A DNA stretch of 63,025 nt, filler included, from Licmophora abbreviata (taxonomy: Eukaryota), in the NCBI GenBank assembly GCA_900291995.1. It is 10 parts of 10 records of this genome, joined end to end, with 100 filler letters (N's around TTAATTAATTAA, not from the genome) between each part and the next. Parts side by side here need not be neighbours in the genome. Positions count along the whole stretch, not along the records: positions 20,399 to 31,145 come from OLMU01002928.1; positions 31,246 to 38,742 come from OLMU01002929.1; 8 more parts are not named here. The stretch is one strand, 5' to 3'. Positions 25,041-36,907 of the stretch are shown one piece after another; position 1 is the first letter of the stretch; the number at the start of each line of letters is the position of its first letter. The translations under genes and the position numbers were made by a program. The notes beneath the pieces were generated by a model. It did no database searches. It had not been told where the DNA came from and saw only the letters and a list, made by a program, of their open reading frames with translations.

Positions 25041-26148
25041 CTATTCGGTAGAGATCGTCTGTGACAGACGCTTCGTAAGATATTCATGTGCATTGATGGG
25101 TGGGTACTTGCGTGGATTTTCTTCCGATTGAAATTCCTCCAGACACTCCAACAGAACGTTCTTGTTGGCATTGCAAAAGAAGGCAATCGAATATCGTTCG
25201 GGAACTGTCGTCAAGCGAGATTCCGACGAGATAACTTCGACCACTTGGTGCGGCGTAGCCTTCAAGACGTCATTGCTCCAACGCTGCAGCATATCACCTA
25301 CATTGACGACAATACTGTCTGCAACGGGCGGTACTGGCAACCATGTCCCATCGAGCCGCTGGACACGCAGACCCCCAACGCCGTCTTGGGTGAGTAGCGT
25401 AATGGTGCCTGCGTTGACAGTGGTTCATGAGATCCAGTTAAGTGGCTTGAGCAGGCGACGCAACTATATCGAAAAACAGCTACTCACCATAGTCCGTGTG
25501 AACGGCTCCTCGCACAATCGGTGAGGTGCTGTCGTCGGAGCTCATGTGAGTCGAAGCTGCTACGTCTTCGATTGCACGATAGTGCAACAAGCGCAGATTT
25601 TCATGCTTTTCGTTGCAACGATTGACAAAGTAGTGCGCGTCCGACAGATTCAATCCTTCCGCCAACAACTTCATGATGCGAAGATGCAAGGTATCCATCG
25701 CATCGTAGTACTCCAGTAGCGTGGTTCGAAACGACTCGTCGGCATCGCCAATAATTGTAGGCCAATTGTTCTTGTACTCGGTTTCCGCTTCGTTCCCGAT
25801 ATCAAAGGTTTCCTTCAAGTCGGCAGAGGTTCCACTCTCGTGTTTTTCATTGCTGACACCAATGTACCCTCGATTCGACTTGTGGTCTTCGTACTTGTAC
25901 TTTTGTTTGGTGGTAGCCGGCAGGTCAAAGAAGGATTTGGACGCCTTGAAGGCTCGTTGAATCAGTTCTGGATGGACCCCATGATGAGTCAAGGTGGCAA
26001 AGCCAATGGAACGGAAGGCATCTACGAGCTCACGAGCGACGACTGTCTCGTCGTCGCGAGACAGATCCAACACTGGAATAACAACGCTCGAATCAGTATC
26101 GTCGCTGTTGACTACTACCGGCGGCGGATTGCGGATCATGCTTGTCAT
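25041..26148 (-). CDS. 2-oxoglutarate/Fe(II) dioxygenase (IPNS/DIOX-like), 2 exons
   Basis: IPVLDLS, NRGY, LRLLHY, HTDYG (HxD), NVGDMLQRWSND..TPH, RYS (RxS). Confidence 0.93.
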
Positions 26149-26446
26149 TTTTAGATTTCCAAGTCGATCTGAGGTGAAGAATTGTCGTGAGCGTGGAGAG
26201 GGAGGGAGCAGCCGTGTATTTGTGTGTGAAGCGCAGACACGGAGTCTTCACACACTCTCGTCAGCTGTGCAAAACCAATGCCATGGTGGAACATGAGACG
26301 CGCGGGTGAGAGACTGCGACTCACGAACTGTGTCACAGCGACATCCCTTTAAGTCGCTGTGACATTTTGAACAAGACCATCGCACGACGCCGGCGACTTG
26401 TAAGGCAAGCAAGCGCACTGTCATCACTCTTTTTGGGTGTTGAACC

Positions 26447-27770
26447 ATGGTGTGTTTGTCAGGAAAGGGGAACTTTTTGCTTCGGGGGAAGAGTGACTGG
26501 GCAAAGTCGAGAAGAAAACTTGTGGCTTGGCAAGAACTCTCAAACTTTTGCTTGCCTCCGCCCACAAATCATGCTTATATGCATGCTCACTGTGTGTGGA
26601 TTGCTCTCTCGCCATCTCACCCCGTTTGTGCTTTCTGAACGATTCAGCCTCCAGTTTTAGATCCCTCCAAGTCCAAAGTAGACGGACTCGCCTTTTTGGG
26701 TCTTTCTCTGACACGCCATGACTCGACACGAGGCCACCCCGATTCCATTACTCACCAGACGGCATTCGACTTGAACGAAGTGTTGGATCGAGACTACAAT
26801 TACCTCTTTAGTACCAATGACGATGGATGGTTGGTGGGTGGAGGAGAACCCGGGCCTCCGCTATCTTACAAACTTGCGGCCAAGGATTCATCGCATGTCG
26901 AAATTATGCGGATTGGGACTTACCGGCCCGAGTGGGGAGGTGTCTCGGAGAAAGACATTGTCGAGTGAGTAACAAACGACGATCGAGGTCGTTGCGTATG
27001 TGTGGGTGAAAAAAAAACGTATACGCTCTCTCACAATCGTCACACTACGTTTTTTTCTATTTCAACGACGTAGTGCCATCCAGTCTGGCAAGATTTTGAT
27101 TCCTCAGATCGAGGTGCTTCCTACGGCCGTGGTGGCGAATCCCGACGCACCCCCCGAACTGGAAATCCGATTCGATATGGAGCCCCGTGTACCCAACTTT
27201 GACGATCCCGACAGTCCGTTACCCATCAATTGGAGCCTACGGTTTATTCACAACCAGCTCTTCAAGTACTTTCAGTTTCCCAGCCGGTTCTGTCCTGGTC
27301 CGTTCCATTCGACCATTCTCCGCAAGGCGGAGTTCCGTTCTCCCGAGGTGAGTGATTACTGACGTGAATTGGAGATTACGTCGCTATGTACTGATACACG
27401 AGGGTTCGTAAAAAGGCACATCAATTGATTACTTTGTTTGCTTAGCAAGCATCTTGTCTTGTCACTCTCACAGCATCTCGCTCAGTACTTTGCCATGTGC
27501 GACCAAGCCATTCAGAAATGGCGCGCCGCAGGTCCCAAACCGCTCAACGACGGCGGCTGGGACGTCGACGGAAAGAGCATGGAAAACCCTCCTCATCACA
27601 CGAGTGGCATCTGGTTGTTTGCCGATCGCCAAAACATTACCCATTTCTTTACTCCCAATTTTCTGCCACCCTACGATACTCCTGAAAAGCGGAACATTAT
27701 CTTGGATTTTTTGAAGGACGAGTGGGATGAAGCGACACTGAGCTGGAAGTCCGTTACGAAGGACAATTAA
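26447..27770 (+). CDS. Conserved hypothetical protein, possible 2H phosphoesterase; exons 26447-26449 (ATG only), 26648-26964, 27073-27347, 27474-27770
   Basis: Splicing gives MPPVLDPSKSKVDGLAFLGLSL... with all introns GT-AG and in phase. Two HxT motifs (THQTAF, FHSTIL). Confidence 0.7.
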
Positions 27771-28239
27771 CCATTGATCGATGCGGTGGTTGGCATGGAT
27801 AGATCCTGCATTTGTGTGTACTTGGTACCAGCGAAACTAGTGGAGGAACGTAGTCCGGAGCAGCATCAGCAGTGAGAGAGCCTATGCTCTTCCATGCTAC
27901 GACGACACCATTTGATTATCAAAAGCTACCCATTAGTTAAGAGTCACTATTCGTGTACAAGTAAGAGACGATGAGACACTTTGGCAAGCTACGGAAACAA
28001 CGCGGTCCCGTCGGCTAGATCTCTTCCTAACAGTTTGTAGGTATAGACAAAACCCGGATTTGAACAAGATCCATCGCACAAAAAAGATCTTCCCAAACTG
28101 TGATGTTTCGATGACACCGCCGCGACACCACACACACGGCGGCGCTGTGACAGCCTCTCGAAACCACATGATGACTCTGTTGCTGTCCACATCAGAGCCT
28201 ATCTCTCATTGTAGATCGGCCCCGAGCCGCGCTTTTAGA

Positions 28240-31200
28240 ATGCCAGAACGTTTGTTTTCCTTAGTTCGCTTCGCTTGCTTGCTTTCCGTTCTGACTGTGC
28301 CGCTTCTTTCGGCTAGTGCGGTCCATCCCCAGAACGGAGAGGCATCATCATCGTCAACACTCAACACTCCCAAATTTTCCGCGGATGACGACGAGCGGGT
28401 ACTCAATGTGCACATTGTAGCCCACACGCATGATGATGTCGGATGGCTCAAGACTGTGGAACAGTACTACTACGGATTGAACAATACGTAAGTTAAGAGC
28501 AACGATGATGCTTACTAGTATGAATTCAGATGCACCTACGGGTTTTCCAACTTGCTTTGTATCTCATTCTTCTTCTTTCCGTTTCTTCTTAAAAGAATCC
28601 AGCCTGCGGCGGTCAAGTACGTGTTGTCATCGAGTATGAATGCTCTTTTGGACAACCCGAATCGAACTTTTGTGTACGTCGAGCAAAAGTTCTTTTCCAT
28701 GTGGTGGAACGAACAAAGCGATAGGTCGAAACAGACCGTCAAGGGCCTGATTTCCAACGACCAGCTTTCCTTTGTCAATGGTGGATGGTGTATGCACGAC
28801 GAGGCCTCCACGCATTTCATGGGGATGATTGACCAGACGACACTGGGACACGACTTCTTGAGGCGTGAGCTGGGCGTTATCCCCACGGTCGGTTGGCAGC
28901 TCGATCCTTTTGGTCACTCGGCCTCCCAATCATCCTTCATGTCGGCGGAAATGGGTTTTAACGCATTGTACTTTGGCAGAATCGATCGTCAGGATATGAA
29001 GCTTCGGCATGACACGCGCGAGTGCGAGGGACTCTGGTCATCGTCTCCTAATTTGGAAGATGCGACAGTCTTTTGGGGACTCACGGGGAGTTATCTCGGA
29101 AACTACAATCCACCGCCAGGCTTTTGCTTTGACACGCTATGTTCAGACGAACGTCTGGTGGGGCAGCACAAAGAGCGTCTGATGGAACGCGTCACGGAAT
29201 TTGTCAATAATCTTAAAGTACAAAGCGATCAGACCAAGGGCAATCATATTTTGCTCACCATGGGGACGGACTTTCAGGTGCGTTACCGGTATACAAATTG
29301 TGTTCGTGTGTATCTCCAGACTGACGCTAACGTGATCGTGCGGTTGATAATTTTTTTCCGACCCGACAGTACACCAACGCTCTTGTGAACTTTGACAATT
29401 TGGATCTGCTCATCCACTCCATGCTCAAGTTCCAGGCTTCTGGCGAAGTCAATATGGCGTCACTTCTGGGGCCTGACTTTGATCGATTGTCTGTGTTCTA
29501 CTCTTCACCAGACTACTACACGGAACAGAAGTACAAAGAGACCAAAAAGGAAAAGGCGTCGAAATTAGAGTCCCACATTCGATCGTCGGGTGCTGCCAAC
29601 ACCGACAGCTTCTGGTCGACAAAGTCCGACGACTTCTTTCCCTACTCGGACTGTGAACACTGCTACTGGACAGGATATTTTACTTCTCGAACATGCTTCA
29701 AGCGCATGGAGCGCGTTGCATCGTCGTTCCTCCAGGCTGCCAGGCAGATTGAGAGTATGCCTCTCGATTCAGACAGCACTCTGCTTGACGATTGCTGCTG
29801 TGATAATTCTTTGAACTCCCTAGAGGATGCCTTGGGTGTCTCGCAGCACCACGATTCTGTGTCAGGGACGGCCAAGCAGCATGTGGCAAACGACTACGCC
29901 AAGCGACTTCAAGCTGGCATCAATAAGGCCTCGGCGTCTAGCACCATGAAAATAAGGCGATTGCTACTTGACGACGAAGCTGACAACTGGCTTCAGGACC
30001 TCTCTTATTGCCAGTTACTCAACGAAACAACGTGTGAGGTGTCCGAGGTAAGTCGCGTGATTCACGTTGAGGTGTGATGTCAAATTGTATCGTTGACCCA
30101 TCCACTCTTATTGATATTATAAACTCAGAATGTCGAGGTAGACGAAAACGATGTCTACGTTGTTCTATACAACGGCCTAGCACAGTGGAGGAGCACCGTC
30201 GTGGCTATTCCACTTTCCAATGGTGGATACTACTCTGTGAACAGACTCGTGGGGGGAACCGAAGGACTCAAGACGCTGCCTGTCGTGCATTGGCAAGAGG
30301 ATGTCCCTTTGACGAACAAGGCCCTCGTGTATATTGAATCTGGACCTTTGCCGCCGGTAGGCGCAGCTGTGTTCCGCATAGCATCCAGTAGCACATTCGT
30401 GGAAGGCGACAGTTTGGATGATCAGCCACGTACGTTAGTTGGCGAATCGTGCGAAGATAGCAATGGCATTTTCTCGAATGGCATTATCGACGTCAAGTTC
30501 AACTGGTGAGTGCACCGTCTTTGTTTTGGTGTTTGTTGTTCAAATTTCTCCCTCACATGCCGCACTTACCTCCCGCCGCCGCTCTGCTCGTTCCCGTCAT
30601 ACAGTGATACAGGCATGATCGAGCACGTTTCGAATGAGTTAGATGGACCCAGTGTGGCCATCGCTCAAGAATGGGGATACTACACGTCGTTCGATGCCAG
30701 TAAAGTCAACTCAACCGCAAGTCCCACACAGAACTCCGGTGCCTACATTTTTCGTCCTAGCAGCCCAACCGAGGAACTAACCAAAGTCTTTCCTTCCTCC
30801 GGTACTGCGGTGGTTCAAAAGACGCCGATTGGATTCGAGGCACGAGTCGTTTTCGAGGAGCCTTGGATCGAGCAGGTCACACGAGTGTATGACAATCTTC
30901 CGTACATCGAAATAGAGTACACCGTCGGACCGATCCCCATTGATGATGGAATCGGCAAGGAAATCGTCACGCGATATTCGACCCCAATCAGGAGCCAACA
31001 GACTTTCTACACGGATTCCAACGGCCGCGAATTCCAGAAGCGAGTGCGAGGCTACCGACCCACCTGGAAGCTCGACGAGGACTCACCTGTCGCTGGAAAC
31101 TTCTACCCTGTGAACGCCGCCATGTACATTGAAGATGACGGTTCTNNNNNNNNNNNNNNNNNNNNNNNNNNNNNNNNNNNNNNNNNNNNTTAATTAATTA

Positions 31201-31996
31201 ANNNNNNNNNNNNNNNNNNNNNNNNNNNNNNNNNNNNNNNNNNNNCATGTACATTGAAGATGACGGTTCTTCTTTTGCAGTAATTGTGGACCGCTCACAG
31301 GGAGGAGCTTCATTGGACGACGGCTCAGTTGAACTCATGGTACAGCGTCGCATCCTTGCGGACGACGGCCGCGGCGTCGCAGAGCCACTGAATGAAACGA
31401 CTGGAGGTGTAACACCGTACGCTCCCTATGGTGATGCATCACGCGTAGGAGAAGGCATTGTGGTCAAGGGCAAGCATCGGTTGATGATAGGTGGCGCCAT
31501 GTCGGGTGCCAGTGCGGCGCGGGCACAGATGGACGAAGCATTCTCAAATCCAGTTGTCTTTGCTGGGTCTGCTCCAAGCGGTAGCTCTCTGCCATTCCTG
31601 CGAACCTCGTTTTCGGGTATTAAAAACGAGCTTCCATTGAATGTCATGTTGGTGACATTCAAACTGCTCCCTGATGAGCCGCACACGACTTTCTTGATTC
31701 GACTAGGCCATCAATACGCGGCTGGGGAGGACGACGAACTTTCAAAGCCTGTAACTGTCGACGTGAGCTGTCTACTGACGGGGTATACGGTCGTATCGTT
31801 GGTGGAAAAGACTCTTTCTGGTAACCAGGATCGATCTAAGTGGATGCAGAAGCGTTTCAATTGGACACACGGTATGGAGCGATCGGAACGACAAAGCCAG
31901 CCCCCAGACGATTATAGTGTTGAACTGCACCCAATGGAGATACGGACGTTTACCGTGCAAGTTCAAGACGAAAACATGGAAATGGCGGCCAACTAG
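28240..31996 (+). CDS. Lysosomal/vacuolar alpha-mannosidase (GH38), multi-exon, spans a false gap
   Basis: Signal peptide, [63 protein letters not shown]. Confidence 0.96.
31146..31245. other. Artificial linker; flanks overlap by 25 bp, so no real gap
   Basis: CATGTACATTGAAGATGACGGTTCT occurs at 31121-31145 and 31246-31270. Confidence 0.97.
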
Positions 31997-32034
31997 TTTA
32001 GAGAATTGCGGAAACTTTGTAAAACGCCGCATGT

Positions 32035-32111
32035 CACATGCTCTCTTTGTCAGGTCTTGATGCTCTTCGCTGTGGAGAGAACAACACTACCGTCATTCCA
32101 AGATACAGTGC
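32035..32111 (-). promoter_or_regulatory. SECIS-like element in the 3' UTR of the SelU-like gene
   Basis: Minus strand: core ATGAC (32096-32092) / TGAC (32052-32049) encloses a ~14-bp imperfect helix GGTAGTGTTGTTCT/AGAGCATCAAGACC. Lower helix TCTT/AAGA. Apical loop has CC rather than AA. Confidence 0.6.
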
Positions 32112-32163
32112 TTCGCGATTTCAAAGGATTCCGCTACCACCCCGGCCCTGCACCACAAGAGGT

Positions 32164-32933
32164 CTACTTCGTTGCAGATTCCTTCACGCACTTCATGACC
32201 TCCTCGAGCTCAGGGGTATCCCCTGGCACTCGATCGCTCCATCTATAAAGGATATCATCTCCATTCACCACAAATGTGCCACCGAGCCGCTTGACACCTT
32301 CGGGAATTCCCGACTTTCCCTTCTCGACGGGAGAGATCTTCATGACATTGGACATGTACTTCCACCATCCACCAAAGCCTCCAAGGTCAGGTGCCTTCAT
32401 TTTGACATCCTTCAGATCCTCCTTTTTGACGTCGTCCAGGGTACCAAAACCAAGTGCGTTGTACGCATCGAAACTGTATCCATCGACAAAGGCTTGCGAA
32501 CGAGGAATCTTCTCATTCAGTTCCAAGAACATGCTCAGCTTCTCGGAGTCTCCGATCGAGACGAACAGAGGTCCAGTTGCTCCAAGGGCCTCGATTTCTG
32601 GCTGAAGCTCGCACCATTCATTGGCGTAGCTCCAGCAGTAAGGTCAGCCAAGATGGCGAAGAAAAATCACAACCGACGTTCCTTCACTCATCTTGTCTCC
32701 AAGCTGAACGTGTTTCCATCGGCATCTGTCAAACTAGCTTCTCGCAGCAACTTTCCGGTCCCCTTTTCCAACCCTACATCTGTGTTGACACTGGAACTCA
32801 TGAAAAGCGCCGGACTGCCGCGGCGAGCCGCCAGCCCGAATGCAAGTCGAGACGGAGGCGTCATCGTCGGAGCAAAGGCGGCAGCCCCGCGCAACCCAGC
32901 AGCCGCTGTCGCAAACGCAAGACGCAGCTTCAT
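32164..32933 (-). CDS. Selenoprotein U-like / PRXL2 (AhpC-TSA_2) thioredoxin-fold protein with UxxC, plastid-targeted; 1-nt frameshift at ~32707-32717
   Basis: AAA-FAP presequence. VVIFLRHLG-TGA(32646-32644)-PYCW is in frame with the 32164..32532 ORF, which contains the family motif RLGGTFV. Confidence 0.85.
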
Positions 32934-33732
32934 GGTATCTGCGATCTTATGAATACAGTCTTTGTCTGCTCTTAGTCTAACGCCAACGTCGTAGAAACAG
33001 ACTGACTCGACTCTGTTGGCAGAGAGCCTCCTGATGCTAATGGTGTGACACGCCGGCGGGTGATGACGCAGTTGTCGCGGCGTAGCGATGCGGTAAGACG
33101 TGATGAGTGAGTCGGCTCAGTCCCGAGTGGAAGTGAGTCACACTTTGATTTTCTATCATGACATTTTCAATTTCATGTCGGCGGCAAGCAAGAAGACGAT
33201 GGTTGGATGACACCGGAAACCAAAGCCTCCTTATGAAATGTGCTCGCCACGTCCCACCCTATGAAGTCACAGTGAAACGCATCAGAGAGTATACAAAGGA
33301 GAAGCAACAAGCGAAGAGGTCAATTGACATCGTTGAGACAATGGGAAGAACTCTTCATCAGGCAAGATCGACAATTCCTTTCGTTCATTCCGACACGAAG
33401 GAAAACCTGTTCCTTTGACGAGGTAAGTCATTGCTCTTCGGTTGAAAGCGGGGTGAGAAGAGGAGGCAGTGCGATTACATTGGGAAGCAATGCTGTTATA
33501 GGCGAGAATGAAATGCCCGATGATGACTACTACCTACTACATGGGCTGCTGGCTCGATCGTCACCCGTGGGATCTATGCAGCGGTGGCGCAGTAGCGTCT
33601 GACGAGTCTTTTAAATCGTGTGTATAGCTAGTGAAAATGATGTTCATAGTCAATGCAGTAGTGAAACACTTTCATCGAGCAGTGCATACGTGGAGGGCAT
33701 CCGCGTAGAAACCAATGGATCCCGCCTCGTTC

Positions 33733-34836
33733 TCAATCATCATCGCCGCCATCCTCATTGGGCACTGATTTACTGATACTAGTAGAGGAGAGTCGCATTT
33801 GGTCCTCAATCAGACTTTGAATTTCATTCAGTAGCACGGACAATGACCTTTCATCCAAAGGCTTGACTCGTCCATCGCACCCCAACACCGCCAGCGCACT
33901 GGACGCTCGTATCAGTGGACAGTGTTGCAAGTCAAAGTTGTACGTTTCCTTAACGTAGTGATGCAGTGCCTTTAAAATGGGCAATCTTTCATCCGCCGCA
34001 GTGATGGCTGCAGAAGAATCGACGTCGGCGTCGACATCAGTATTCTTATCGGTTGAAGCGGAGGACTTATGCCTTCGTTGCCGCATGAATTCCATATCAC
34101 GACAAAGCCGCGCGAGTGCCACGGGCGGGACCGTCAAGGTCAACTGCGAAAGATCTGGCACCGGTACGGAAAAGGTTACTTCAAATGGCCTATTTTTCGT
34201 TTGTGTTGCCATCATGGTAGTAGTACCATCTTTTGTCGTTTGATTCATTGTCTTTGAAACGGCCAATACTTGCTGCTGTTGTTGATAGGTCCATTGCGAC
34301 AGTGCTTGTGCAATTTGATTGGATCGTGGCTGGAAGGTTCCAAAGACACATCCAGTATTCGATTCGATCCACTGTAGAACCGTATCAAAGGCAGGTCTGG
34401 CACCGCGTACCAATGCATACGCACAACGAATCATCATGTCACCTTCGTCGTCTCGTTGTTGCTTCGAAAACTCTGGATTGCACAAAATAACATGAGCGAC
34501 TGTCTCGTCCATAACAACAATGTCGATGCACAAGTGTCGACGAATCACACCACCGAGATCATTGTCCTTGTCGATCATGCAGCTGGTGCTCTCGCTTGGC
34601 GCCTTTTCCAATGCAATCCAATCCATCGACACGTAAGTACCATCGTCTATCTCATTATTTTCTCTTTGATGACATAGTCTCAAGAACTCTGTCATATCAG
34701 TCGCCACAGCTTCCAAGCTGTGGTTGTTGAAAGTAGTAGCATTAGCAGAATATCGGGCTGGCGCAATCGGCAATGGGACAACAAAGTCCGATGCGGTCCG
34801 AATACTCCAAGTGTAATGTAAAATTCGATAGGGCAT
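33733..34836 (-). CDS. Hypothetical protein resembling kinetochore CCAN subunit CENP-L
   Basis: ILHYTWSI, VLQWIESNTGCVF..ALSQW and LHHYVKETYNFDLQHCPLIRASSALAVLGCDGRVK follow the CENP-L pattern (LLHKQW; W..tFDC; L..HF..HFKIHL...L..VST......DGKIK) as I recall it. Confidence 0.55.
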   Translation of the reverse strand: MPYRILHYTWSIRTASDFVVPLPIAPARYSANATTFNNHSLEAVATDMTEFLRLCHQRENNEIDDGTYVSMDWIALEKAPSESTSCMIDKDNDLGGVIRRHLCIDIVVMDETVAHVILCNPEFSKQQRDDEGDMMIRCAYALVRGARPAFDTVLQWIESNTGCVFGTFQPRSNQIAQALSQWTYQQQQQVLAVSKTMNQTTKDGTTTMMATQTKNRPFEVTFSVPVPDLSQLTLTVPPVALARLCRDMEFMRQRRHKSSASTDKNTDVDADVDSSAAITAADERLPILKALHHYVKETYNFDLQHCPLIRASSALAVLGCDGRVKPLDERSLSVLLNEIQSLIEDQMRLSSTSISKSVPNEDGGDDD

Positions 34837-35199
34837 TATGGCGTGGGACTAGAAGGAACGACAAGGATGGAAACGACTCGAATAAGCAAGAGCAACGTGG
34901 TGCAATGCTACTGATGTAGAGGCTGTCAATCTCTTTTGTCATCGCGCCGCGTCCACAAAAACTGAAAACTGCGAATTCAGTTTGAAACACGAAAAAACAC
35001 GCGCGCCAGACTGCAGAGTCCTTCCGTGGTCCGTATGAAAGACAACACACAACACAAATTGAAATCTCGACATCACGACTCACTTTCGTCAATCGTCAAT
35101 ACAATCGTTGTTGTTGTTGTCGCCCTCGGAAGCTGATTCTCGTTATTCATACATTAGAAGTCACTTCTCACAACGTCGAAGCCTTTTTACAATTCGATC

Positions 35200-36769
35200 A
35201 TGTCGAAAAGTGACGGAGAAGCGCTTCCTTTGGCCTCTTCGTCGACATCCGACAACAACACCAGCATAAGTTCATCCAACATGTCGCTTCTTTCGCGATG
35301 TTTTGCATGCTTCAATCTTACCGCTATATCGGGCTTGACCGTGGCTGTAGTCTTTCTGTTTTTACAGCTCCAAGTCGTCAGCATCCGTGTCGCACAGCAA
35401 ACCTCTCAAATCAACAAGGTACTAGATCAGATGAGTTCGCAACAAGCGCAGACGGAAGATCTGAACGAAAAGGTTCACCAAGAGCACGACCTGACGATAC
35501 TGCACATGGCTGGAACCTTCACACTCCTGACAGGATTGATTACCATGTTTCACATGTCCAACCATCTACGAAACTTCCACGAGCCCTTTGTGCAGCGCAA
35601 GATATTGACCATTCTGTGGATGTCTCCCATTTACTCCATCACCTCTTTCCTCAGTCTACTGTGGCCACCCATGGAGGGATATCTCAGTATCATCAAGGAC
35701 TTTTATGAAGCCTACGTCATTTACATGTTCCTGTCCTTTCTCATTGCCGTCTTGGGCCGCGGCGACCGGCGTGTCGTTGTCGATGTTGTCGCGCGCCATG
35801 CAGAACACTTGAAGGACCCGGCCAAGTGTCTCGCGCGATGGTACCATCCTCCTCCGAATGAAAGTCCCCACGCCAAGGCCAATGCTGTCATTATGGAATG
35901 TCAGATACTGGCTATGCAGTTTGTCTTTTGTCGCCCGCTTACTAGCATCGCTTCCTTTGTCGTCGCTACACTTTCCGAAGTATCATCATCGTCATCACAG
36001 AATAGTAGTTCCATGGATGACGACGCGATGACGGTGGATCATGTTACAACTTCGTCTGGATGGGCATACTTTGCCTCGCCTCTCTTTTGGATTGCCATGA
36101 TACAGAATGTGTCGGTATTTCTCGCCTTTCGGGGAATGCTCAAGTTTTATCATGCAGTACGTGACGATCTCACTTGGTGGTACGTTATAGCGCGTGTGCC
36201 TGTGCTGTCTTTGGTAGTAGCGTATACACCGACCGCGACTCAAGCCTCTGGTGGTGGATGTGTTGTTCTAACTTACCCCTTTCTTCTTTCTCAATGTGCA
36301 CAATATCAGTCAGCCATTCCCAAAGTTTCTCGCCATCAAGGGAGTCGTCTTCATGACCTTTTGGCAGGGACTCGTCATTTCCATTTTCGTGAATTTTCAT
36401 CCAGGAGGACAGTGGCCCGACGATGGTGCTGAAGATAGCACGATGAGTCCACGCGAACAGGCCGCCATGATTCAAAACATTCTCATTTGTCTGGAAATGC
36501 TCTTCTTCTCCATTGCACACTGGTGCGTCTTCCCAACCGACGAATGGGAACCAGGCTACCGACCTCGACAGTATGCCAAGCCTGGAATCGGCATCAAGGA
36601 CTTTGTAGACGACATAAGTTACATTGCAGCAAGCCGAAAGGAACGGTCGCGGCATGCTCGATTGCAAAAGAACGGAGAGGACGGCAATAGCAGCAGTACG
36701 CATCGCGACGACGATGCGTCCACTTTGATGGCGGAAGACGAGGACGACGCCGTTGCAGAATTTGCATAG
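35200..36769 (+). CDS. TMEM184 / organic solute transporter alpha family protein, 2 exons
   Basis: HLRNFHEPFVQRKILTILWMSPIYS, KDFYEAYVIYMF, QFVFCRP, PFPKFLAIKGVVFMTFWQ, IQNILICLEM. Confidence 0.92.
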
Positions 36770-36907
36770 CAGACGGTGACACCACAAGCGTCGCTAATAA
36801 ACAGTCTAAAGTATGCCCGTAAACACTTCTTCCTACAATTACCGGTGCGGCGCTGCTGCACGCTTCCACACTTCATTTTAAAAATCTGTTTGCGTTCCAG
36901 TTGGCGT

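Noticed and set aside
31121..31270. 25-bp direct repeats flanking gaps (also 53703-53852) as target-site duplications
   Set aside because: They are unmerged contig-end overlaps; collapsing the first restores a continuous mannosidase frame.
32700..32720. Programmed -1 frameshift in the SelU-like gene
   Set aside because: T_GGA_AAC is not a canonical X_XXY_YYZ slippery site, and similar 1-nt errors occur in three other genes. An alternative 74-nt intron would delete the conserved-looking LTDADG strand.
32038..32952. 304-aa plus-strand ORF as an overlapping gene
   Set aside because: Antisense shadow of the SelU-like gene with no domain features.
33158..33602. Short ORFs between the SelU-like and CENP-L-like genes
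   Set aside because: No homology signal or convincing splice structure.
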